64,000 nucleotides of DNA from Auanema rhodensis (taxonomy: Eukaryota; Animalia; Nematoda): contig OZ059894.1 of NCBI GenBank assembly GCA_964057225.1, positions 17,236,001 through 17,300,000 of the forward strand. Direction: 5' to 3'. The position numbers and the translations under genes were made by a program. Below the pieces are notes generated by a model. That model did no database searches. It saw only the letters and a list, made by a program, of their open reading frames with translations, and had not been told where the DNA came from. Positions 1-9,500 of the stretch are shown piece after piece. The first letter of the stretch is position 1, and each line of letters starts with the position of its first letter.

Positions 1-400
1 GAAGTGTACTTCTTCTTCGTATTTAGTTCAAGTTCTCTTGAAATTCAATTATTGTTGAGCTTTAGTATTCACCTATAGATATCAGATTAATAATATTCAG
101 TTAAAAATAATTATGGAAACGTAGAAGGTTCATCGTAGTGAATGAATATTTCAGGCCGAGTGGTCTAGTGGTATGATTCTCGCTTAGGGTGCGAGAGGTC
201 ACGGAATCGATCCCCGGCTCGACCCACGTTTTAACATTTTGTTTCGAGAAGTGTACTTCTTCTTAGTGTTTATTGGAAGTTCTCTTGAAATTCAATTAAT
301 TTTAAGCTTGAGTGTTCACCTATAGATATCAGATTAATAATATTCAGTTAAAAATAATTATGGAAACGTAGAGGGTTCATCGTAGTGAATGGATATTTCA

Positions 401-472
401 GGCCGAGTGGTCTAGTGGTATGATTCTCGCTTAGGGTGCGAGAGGTCCCGGGATCGATCCCCGGCTCGGCCC
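401..472 (+). tRNA. tRNA-Pro(AGG), representative intact copy of the array unit
   Basis: Cloverleaf: GGCCGAG/CTCGGCC acceptor stem, GTCT/TGAT D stem, CTCGC-TTAGGGT-GCGAG anticodon arm (AGG), CCGGG-ATCGATC-CCCGG T arm, discriminator C, no encoded CCA tail assumed; A box TGGTCTAGTGG. Confidence 0.97.
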
Positions 473-474
473 AC

Positions 475-492
475 ATTTTAACATTTTGTTTC
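475..492 (+). terminator. RNA polymerase III terminator T-runs, repeated after every tRNA copy
   Basis: T4-T5 run 2-3 nt after the tRNA 3' end, followed by a second run TTTT(G/T/A)TTT. Confidence 0.8.
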
Positions 493-1882
493 GAGAAGTG
501 TACTTCTTCTTTGTATTTAGTTTAAGTTCTCTTGAAATTCAATTAGTGTTGAGCTTTAGTATTCACCTATAGATATCAGATTAATAATATTCAGTTAAAA
601 ATAATTATGGAAACGTAGAAGGTTCATCGTAGTGAATGGATATTTCAGGCCGAGTGGTCTAGTGGTATGATTCTCGCTTAGGGTGCGAGAGGTCCCGGGA
701 TCGATCCCCGGCTCGGCCCACGTTTTAACATTTTTTTTCGAGAAGTGTACTTCTTCTTAGTATTTAGTGGAAGTTCTCTTGAAATTCAATTAATTTTAAG
801 CTTTAGTATTCACCTATAGATATCAGATTAATAATATTCAGTTAAAAATAATTATGGAAACGTAGAAGGTTCATCGTAGTGAATGGATATTTCAGGCCGA
901 GTGGTCTAGTGGTATGATTCTCGCTTAGGGTGCGAGAGGTCCCGGGATCGATCCCCGGCTCGGCCCACGTTTTAACATTTTGTTTCGAGAAGTGTACTTC
1001 TTCTTCGTATTTAGTTTAAGTTCTCTTGAAATTCAATTATTGTTGAGCTTTAGTATTCACCTATAGATATCAGATTAATAATATTCAGTTAAACATATAT
1101 ATGGAAACGTAGAAGGTTCATCGTAGTGAATGGATATTTCAGGCCGAGTGGTCTAGTGGTATGATTCTCGCTTAGGGTGCGAGAGGTCACGGGATCGATC
1201 CCCGGCTCGAACCACGTTTTAACATTTTGTTTCGAGAAGTGTACTTCTTCTTAGTGTTTATTGGAAGTTCTCTTGAAATTCAATTAATTTTAAGCTTGAG
1301 TGTTCACCTATAGATATCAGATTAATAATATTCAGTTAAAAATAATTATGGAAACGTAGAAGGTTCATCGTAGTGAATGGATATTTCAGGCCGAGTGGTC
1401 TAGTGGTATGATTCTCGCTTAGGGTGCGAGAGGTCCCGGGATCGATCCCCGGCTCGGCCCACGTTTTAACATTTTGTTTCGAGAAGTGTACTTCTTCTTC
1501 GTATTTAGTTTAAGTTCTCTTGAAATTCAATTATTGTTTAGCTTTAGTATTCACCTATAGATATCAGATTAATAATATTCAGTTAAACATATATATGGAA
1601 AAGTAGGAGGTTCATCGTAGTGAATGGATATTTCAGGCCGAGTGGTCTAGTGGTATGATTCTCGCTTAGGGTGCGAGAGGTCACCGGATCGATCCCCGGC
1701 TCGACCCACGTTTTAACATTTTGTTTCGAGAAGTGTACTTCTTCTTAGTGTTTATTGGAAGTTCTCTTGAAATTCAATTAATTTTAAGCTTGAGTGTTCA
1801 CCTATAGATATCAGATTAATAATATTCAGTTAAAAATAATTATGGAAACGTAGAAGGTTCATCGTAGTGAATGGATATTTCA

Positions 1883-1954
1883 GGCCGAGTGGTCTAGTGG
1901 TATGATTCTCGCTTAGAGTGCGAGAGGTCACCGGATCGATCCCCGGCTCGACCC
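1883..1954 (+). pseudogene. tRNA-Pro-body copy with anticodon changed to AGA (Ser), plus T-stem and acceptor-stem mismatches
   Basis: Loop TTAGAGT instead of TTAGGGT (anticodon 1915-1917); ggtcaccgg and ctcgaccc variants. Confidence 0.8.
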
Positions 1955-2628
1955 ACGTTTTAACATTTTGTTTCGAGAAGTGTACTTCTTCTTAGTGTTT
2001 ATTGGAAGTTCTCTTGAAATTCAATTAATGTGGAGCTTTAGTATTCACCTATAGATATCAGATTAATAATATTCAATTAAAAATATATATGGAAAAGTAG
2101 GAGGTTCATCGTAGTGAATGGATATTTCAGGCCGAGTGGTCTAGTGGTATGATTCTCGCTTAGGGTGCGAGAGGTCCCGGGATCGATCCCCGGCTCGGCC
2201 CACGTTTTAACATTTTGTTTCGAGAAGTGTACTTCTTCTTAGTATTTAATGGAAGTTCTCTTGAAATTCAATTAATTTTAAGCTTGAGTGTTCACCTATA
2301 GATATCAGATTAATAATATGTAGTTAAAAATAATTATGGAAAAGTAGGAGGTTCATCGTAGTGAATGGATATTTCAGGCCGAGTGGTCTAGTGGTATGAT
2401 TCTCGCTTAGGGTGGGAGAGGTCCCGGGATCGATCCCCGGCTCGGCCCACGTTTTAACATTTTGTTTCGAGAAGTGTACTTCTTCTTCGTATTTAGTTTA
2501 AGTTCTCTTGAAATTCAATTAATTTTAAGCTTTAGTATTCACCTATAGATATCAGATTAATAATATTCAGTTAAAAATAATTATGGAAAAGTAGGAGGTT
2601 CATCGTAGTGAATGGATATTTCAGGCCG

Positions 2629-2994
2629 CGTTCCATTCGGAGACTCTATATATGTAACTGCAGGGTTAGAGCCAGACCGACTAGAGGAATGTGGAATGGC
2701 ACCGCCTTCCCTCATGCCCCTATTCGGGAGTTCGCCCCTTTGCAAGCCCATGGACGGTTTGTATCTAACTTAGTTAATCTTATATATTAGTCTTTGTCTT
2801 GTAAATGTAGTTTACTTTATCCTTGTGTTATTGTATTGTAATGATATTGTATTGTGTATAATAAACCTATATATTTCCTTATCTTATGTAATCCTTATGC
2901 TCTGTTTCCATACCGCTACACTTATGGAATACTATACGCGTAGTTGAGCAGACTACAATGGTCTGTTCAATATACGTAGGAGCATAATGGAACG
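2629..2994 (+). repeat. E1 5' LTR
   Basis: Direct repeat of 14013-14378; 8-bp terminal inverted repeat CGTTCCAT...ATGGAACG; AATAAA near 2860. Confidence 0.97.
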
Positions 2995-3007
2995 TGGGGG
3001 TTCCACC
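2995..3007 (+). promoter_or_regulatory. E1 primer-binding site (tRNA-Gln, one mismatch)
   Basis: TGGGGGTTCCACC directly after the LTR; complementary to the 3' end of metazoan tRNA-Gln (GGTGGAACCT-CCA) with one A>G change. Confidence 0.85.
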
Positions 3008-3977
3008 TCGAACTCATTTTTGTCGCAAAAACTCGCATAAAAAGTCTATATTTTGATATCTAAATTAAAATTTCCTCCACGGTTAGCAACATAATGAGGT
3101 CGCCAACTTGTATAAGGTGCAGGTACAAGGGATCTCTCTTTTAGAGAGCTAGGACTATATAATTTTGAATTTTTACCCGCTGTCCCCACTCATAAAACCG
3201 TCTGAGTGTCCACCCTTATAATATCGTATCCTGCACCGCTTCTCTTGCATTTTTTTTTGAGGACGTTTGGATCGAAATAGGGGACAATTTCACCAAACGA
3301 AATTTTGATTTCATTATTATTTGGCACCGAGGAGTTAGAATGAAATTTTGAAAGCGCACAAAGTTTAATATTTTATTGTGGTCAGGACTAGAGATTTGAA
3401 AGTTAAATTCAGGCGTAAAAGAGCATGCTAAGCCTAAATATTTTTGCGGGAGCCGTTATTCGGTTTTTATTTTTTTTTGATTGTGAGAATAGACCACACT
3501 AGTCCGAAAAATCCTGGCACAAATTTTATTGCCTGTCAGGTCATTTTGGCGAAAGCACATGGGCTACGGATGTTTTCTTCTCCGTAGAATGTGTCACCTT
3601 CCTCAGCTCATTTTTGTTGCTAACATCATAAGATATTCCCACACACCTACCGTAGTCTTCATATTGTAATATTCTATAAATTAGTAAAATGGTTTAAAGA
3701 AAAAAATTGCGTTTTATAAACGAGCTTTGGTCTCAGTCCATTAGTAAAATGAGCAATCTTTTTAAAATATTCTCGGAATCTCATTAGCATGCCAAAATCA
3801 TTCCGGAAAAGAATCGCCCACGGCTTTTAATAATCAACGTGCACATGAGCCATTTTCCCAAGGCGCACGCACTCTTTCTTTATTAATAAGCTCGACCAAA
3901 GTTTGTGTTATGAAAAAAAAAAGAGAGAGAGAGAACAAATGAGTGAAATTAAGTATTTATTATATATAAAACAATTG

Positions 3978-4328
3978 TTAAAAGCCCCATTTAAAATGCA
4001 ACTGTCTCACAAATTCTATAGGCTGTGAGATGGGCTCATTGCTAGGCTCTAAATACTGCGAATACACTGAATCCGCAGAGGTCCTTAGCAATAAGCCCAT
4101 AGGAGACTGTTCATAAAACAAATAAATTTTAAACAAAATTTTAGACATATAATCATAAAAATCATGAGGCTTATGCTCATACCAATTCCAAGGGGATGCG
4201 ATTAAATTGGGGTTTTCATACCAATGCGCGCACAAATCGGTGAGGCACCATCGCCCAATAGCTGCAACCTCATCCGCTATTTCTTGCATTAGGGAGAAAT
4301 TCACTAATCCCCTCCCCAGATAATGCAT
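3978..4328 (-). CDS. Antisense ORF of unknown function in the E1 leader (116 aa)
   Basis: ATG-started, not overlapping another ORF, globular W/Y/H-rich composition, flanked by AT-rich tracts; no family recognised. Confidence 0.4.
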   Translation of the reverse strand: MHYLGRGLVNFSLMQEIADEVAAIGRWCLTDLCAHWYENPNLIASPWNWYEHKPHDFYDYMSKILFKIYLFYEQSPMGLLLRTSADSVYSQYLEPSNEPISQPIEFVRQLHFKWGF

Positions 4329-4926
4329 TTTTAAATCCTCGATAAACTAAAATTTTTTTTTTATTATTAATATAACATGTTTCTTTGTTTTAACCAACCA
4401 TCTTAATCATGTCTGGGTGAGGCCTATAAGCTAACACTTCGTCTTGATCATACAAGACGAGGTCAGCGTACAGCTTCCTCAAGACAAAAGTCATTTCCGA
4501 TAGACCTTCATAAGCCATTCTTTGATTATTTTGTTTCAGCTCTACAAATATGAAGATTCTTATGCATAAAAAGGGGACATAAAACGACTGAAAATCTCTC
4601 TCAAACTTTCAAGAATTCAATTAGAGTAAAGTATTAAGATTGAGGCTAGAAAGAGCGAAGACCAACAAAATTTATAATTGATGAACATCTGTGAAAAAGA
4701 ATAAAGAAAAGAGAATACGGTAGATAGGCGGAGCCAGATCTCAGGCCAAGATTTTAAAACTCTTTCTCATCTAATAACGATTCTCGGCGAAAGACGCCAA
4801 GTCTCAATCTTCAAACGTTTCTTACTTTCCCTATAACCGACCCGAATTTCTTGTCACTCATTCAACGTCAACATCCCCCATATAACGAAACACTCGCGGT
4901 TTTTCCAAACCAAGAGTGATTACAAA

Positions 4927-6519
4927 GTGGCACGAAGATACTCTTCGGCCGTCCCTGCTCTATACCCTTCTGAGTCCAGTGACGACATCGCAGTCGCCAG
5001 TCGAACCAGAAGCCGCACTCGACTCCTCAGTGTTCAGATTGAAGAGCCTGAACAAGAGGTAAAACCCAAAGTCGAGAAAACCTTCATTCCTCGAGAAGGC
5101 ACGTATTCACCTCCGGACAACACCGAGGAGGACCCTGATTTCTATATTCAGGACTACAATATTCAAACTTCAGCTTCAACTCCAAAAGTACACTCTTTTA
5201 AAAGTAATAAGAAGATTCAAAAAATTCAAAAACCAAAACAAATAACCTCTAATACTTCACCAGCCACCCCCCACCTAAACTTATCAACTTTATCAGTTAA
5301 TACTGATAACGATCTTGCATCTTCTTTTGAACTAACTCTAACACCGCAGGCATTTTCCACTCCGATAGAAAACTCACAAATTAATAAAACCTCATCTCTC
5401 ACTATTCGCAAATCACCCTTATCAGTTATCACTGATAAGCTTGATTCGAAAAAGCTTGATTCTAAAAAGATTAATAAAAGAAAAACTAATACACCGCGTA
5501 GGCGCTCAACCTCTAATAATCCCGTAGAACCAAATCAGGAAATTACCGAAGTTTTGCCCTTATCACTAACTACTGATAAGTTCAAAAGTAAGAAATCTTT
5601 AACAGCTCGCTTAATAAAAGTTTTGAATTTGTCTCCAGGGGAGGTAACAACAGAACAAGTTGATAACTCTCTTCACGTATCCTCCAACCCAACCCTTAAT
5701 AAGTCAGATAGCGCTATACCCAGCTCAAGCGTTTCAATACATTCGACGCCTCAGGCAACGAGTCGAGTTATCAAACTCCCAGGGAAGCGGTTCTCCTCAG
5801 CCGCCCCTACCATTAGTTATCCAACATCTGGTAACTCGAAAAAGGGAGGTAAGAATTTAACGGCGAGAAGCTCAGGCAGCAAAGGGATTACGTCATCTCA
5901 CACATACCCTGAGGATATACCAACCATGACGGAGACACCACGTCTTCCGGGAGCTGGTAAATCTACCATTGCGCACGCATTAAGCTCACCTTATTGCCCC
6001 ATATACGACGGAAGTCGTAACTTTAGAGATTTTGTGGCAAAGTTTAATACATTTTCTAACGCCTTAGGCTTAGTGATGCCCGAAAGACTAACTATTTTAC
6101 CATTACTATTGAAAAATGATAGAGCAATTCGAGCAAAACCCAAAACTTTTGCAGAGGCTTTTTATAGTGCTCGCTGGGAGGAATCAATTGCAAACCAAGT
6201 AGCAGACCCTCAGGCGCTATTGGTTAACGCAATTGAAAGAACTTTCCCCCCGCGCAGAAACAATGGTGGGAGAGGTATGGCAAGAGGTTATCAATCTTTT
6301 AATAATAAAAATTATCAAAATTATAATAATTATAATAATTATCATTCAAACTTTCAAAACAATCAAAATTATCATAAATTTTCAAAAAATCAAAAAGGCT
6401 GGAATTTCCAAAACCCATTTGCTAGGAACCGCATTTTGGTGACCGCGGTCGAAATTATCAGAATCAAAATCAAAATGGGTATCAAAGAAGCCACAATGCA
6501 TCACAAAATCAAGAAATGA
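4927..6519 (+). CDS. gag: Gag-like ORF: S/T/K/P-rich disordered N-terminal region, capsid-like segment (apparently internally deleted), N/Q/R/G-rich tail
   Basis: Position before pol; PIYDGSRNFRDFVAKF..LPLLLK and PKTFAEAFYSARWEE resemble the start and end of Ty3/gypsy capsid; first in-frame ATG only at 5926. Confidence 0.7.
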   Translation: MARRYSSAVPALYPSESSDDIAVASRTRSRTRLLSVQIEEPEQEVKPKVEKTFIPREGTYSPPDNTEEDPDFYIQDYNIQTSASTPKVHSFKSNKKIQKIQKPKQITSNTSPATPHLNLSTLSVNTDNDLASSFELTLTPQAFSTPIENSQINKTSSLTIRKSPLSVITDKLDSKKLDSKKINKRKTNTPRRRSTSNNPVEPNQEITEVLPLSLTTDKFKSKKSLTARLIKVLNLSPGEVTTEQVDNSLHVSSNPTLNKSDSAIPSSSVSIHSTPQATSRVIKLPGKRFSSAAPTISYPTSGNSKKGGKNLTARSSGSKGITSSHTYPEDIPTMTETPRLPGAGKSTIAHALSSPYCPIYDGSRNFRDFVAKFNTFSNALGLVMPERLTILPLLLKNDRAIRAKPKTFAEAFYSARWEESIANQVADPQALLVNAIERTFPPRRNNGGRGMARGYQSFNNKNYQNYNNYNNYHSNFQNNQNYHKFSKNQKGWNFQNPFARNRILVTAVEIIRIKIKMGIKEATMHHKIKK

Positions 6520-9500
6520 GCAATAATAGACAGAGAAATAACAGTACCTTTAGGGGAAATAACAACAATAGAGGCAGAGGTAGAGGCTCAAGAGTAAATA
6601 ATTTGACTCTGATATCTCCTTTGACTTTAGCCGTAGCTTTATCAGTAATCTTATCACTGGTTACAACAGCTGAAGCATACCAGCTATGTACTAAAGCTAC
6701 TGGAGGAGCCCTTCTCCGTCCCCCTTCTCTCCGAAAATGCTTATTACCACCAATAAAGCATATCTTACGAACAAAAGTTCATCTTTATACAAGGAATCAA
6801 ACGGCACATGAATGGGATGCATGGAGATGCTCCAAAGAAATTCATAAAATGTGTATCAGAGACCTTTTGTTCCTTAGAGATACCAATACAACGATAGCGA
6901 GAATTGAAAAGATACCAGCTGCAGAATGCAGACTGGCAGTGAGAGATAGAAGATGGAATTGGAGTGAATTAAAGAAGATCGACAGCATAACATATGCAAC
7001 TGACGAGCCTTCCTTCTCGCCAGGCCGATTTTTTAATAATGAACTATGTAAAGAGAAAGCCAGATTGGTTATCGAAAGAGGGGTTATGACACGGATGCCA
7101 GATGAAACTATAATCTCCAATTTAATACTAAATACTGAAGGATGCTTAGCGCATCATGGAGAATGTGCATCAGATACCTCAATCATCATATGGGAGAAAC
7201 AGCCTTATGAATATCGATGCAACTATATCGACATGAGTGAATATGATGCGATAATTGGAGACGGCATTATTCTGTTACCAACCACTCAATCAGCCCTTGT
7301 AATCGATCAAAAAGAGATACCGAAGCAAATATCTTCTTGTTTTAAACAGCCAATCTTCCACACCACAACTGGCAATTACATTCTCTTACCACAGTACCCA
7401 AATGACACCAATATCCATGTTTTAATAGAGAGAGAATATAAGAAACTTCCGGCGAAAAGAGATAAAAGAGCAATTGCGGAATGCACGGTTGAATTAAACA
7501 AGGAGTGGATACAAAAACAGGAAGATTTTGAAACTTTAATATTAAATATTTGTCCTTATCCTTTCTTACGACCGGTGATGAGTAATCCTGGTATTTATCA
7601 GATAATACCGCTTATAAAGGCCAGACGAGCTGTCAACCCTTCATATTCAATTATTGATTGGGTTTCAGCACATCCCGAGAAGTTTTATTTCTTCTTAAGA
7701 AGTCCCGTATATGATAAATCCATACAACGTTTCCTTCAAACATACGAAATACACAACCCTGAGGAAGCAATACTTTATTTTCTTGCGCAAAAGGAACTGG
7801 CAGCAACCACTCGCGGCGCTATACGGTATTTAACCTCACAACAATTATTAGAACAGATAGGTGACAGATTAACAGCACACGAATTTGACGAAAAACTACT
7901 AGAAAAGGACGGATCCTACCGTGAAAGAGCCGAAAGCATAGCGATGGAGCTAGCTTATACACCGGTAATATTTGAAAACAATCTGTCGGTACCATCAAGG
8001 CAAGAGGTTTTAAAATCCTTTGTGAACATGCCGCCTATCCGACCAACTTTAACAACTGACAATGCTGATGAGCGTATAGTACTTAGAAATACTCTTTACT
8101 TATACCATAACTTGATGACATTGCGAGTAATAAGGCCAAATAAAACAGCAGCAGCCGTAGATGATGAAAAGTTCCGACAATTAACAATCAATGTGCCAGA
8201 TACCAACAAACTATATCGAGATAAAGATTCTAACTACGGTATATCGATAGGCCCCCACCCTCGCATTCAAACTCCAAGCGCGTATATTGAAACGTATACG
8301 TATATTGAAACACCGCCTTATCTGACTAGAAGACTGTCATTAACGACAACAACGGACAAACCCGCTTCACTAGTTCAGGAGACAACTATAAGCTATACGA
8401 CTCGGATTCCGACGACAACCACAGTTGACACGACAACAGCCGTGATAACTACGACTCTCTCGCCAACAACATTAGCAACAGTCACTGACACGGCGTCACG
8501 AACCTTAAGGAAACAAAGAACATCATCTCCACCCGTAGAAACCAGAGAAATTCAGGCTCAGGCAACGTATACAGCGTCAAAAGTGAACAACGAAATACAA
8601 TTCAACCTCAACGTATCTCGCAGAATAGCTCAAGATCATCTACAATATACAACAACACTCATACAAGAAGAGCTACAGAAACATTTTATGGAATCTTATG
8701 AATCCATATGTGAGATTCAAAATAGATACCTCGAGCTATGGCGTTCTATTTTACACATAGAACCTACAATAGCAATGAGGACTATTTTAGGAAGAGAGGA
8801 TATTGCAGCCCGTTTCGTAGGCAGCGATATAGTTCATGTTCATATATGCCTACCTCTTCAACCTAAAGCTGTTTATCATAATCATAAGATCAATGATACA
8901 TGCTATTTGGAAACACCAGTAATAACAGAAGATGAGAGATTATATTTTGCTGCTCCAGGATCAAGAGACTTATTAACACATGGAAAAGAGATAGATTGCG
9001 AACATGTACCAACAGATGTGTACTATCAAAATGGAGAATGGATAAATATAAATGGATCGGTTGAAGTAAAACCAATATCACTCTTTGATAAAGCGAAATA
9101 CCACCAATTAACACCTTTAAAGTTCACAGGCGCTAACTTATACACCAATTTATCATTGAGAGTTTACTCAATGTCAACAGCTATTGCATATGGAGCAAGT
9201 TTAGCATCCATACGACAGAACCATGTTTTACATACTATTCACAACGATCCAAAAATTACGTCAGCCTTTAATCTTTTGAAAAAGGGCAGTGACTATATCT
9301 CTAAAGCAGCTGAGTTCACAACTTCCGCCTGGACTAGCGTAAAACAATTTCTAATAGGATCAATTGAGAGAACACTCATCTTCATAGGATCAATAGTCAC
9401 GATTGCCGCAGTATTAATAATTCTTTTCGTTGTTGCTAAATTTTGGTTCTTCAGGGCCACTCCACTAACCGTAATGCATGTCCACGAAATAGATAATGAG

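Larger units (their letters stand above)
1..2628 (+). repeat. tRNA-Pro(AGG) tandem array, segment 1 (247-bp unit; 10 full genes starting at 154, 401 ... 2377, plus the 5-nt stub of an 11th at 2624)
   Basis: Exact 247-bp periodicity of GGCCGAGTGGTCTAGTGG...; several copies carry T-stem or acceptor-stem substitutions (ggtcacggg, ggtcaccgg, ctcgaccc). Confidence 0.98.

Noticed and set aside
2608-2790. Short ORFs overlapping LTRs (also 13938-14157, 54364-54595, 57748-57948)
   Set aside because: They cross array/LTR boundaries or lie in LTRs, several use non-ATG starts, and none has recognisable motifs.
2995-3007. Idea that the elements are primed by the array's own tRNA-Pro
   Set aside because: That would need TGGGGGCCGAGCC; only E1's first 6 nt fit, and the rest of all four PBSs matches tRNA-Gln.
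5941-5967. Walker-A-like LPGAGKST in gag
   Set aside because: Lacks the first G of GxxxxGK[ST] (R instead), has no preceding beta strand and no Walker B.
6678-9452. BEL/Pao element with phlebovirus-type env, as known from nematodes
   Set aside because: RT (YLDD, SPVVLVKKKD), RNase H and GPY-type integrase are Ty3/gypsy-like, and the Cys pattern resembles gB rather than class II Gc.
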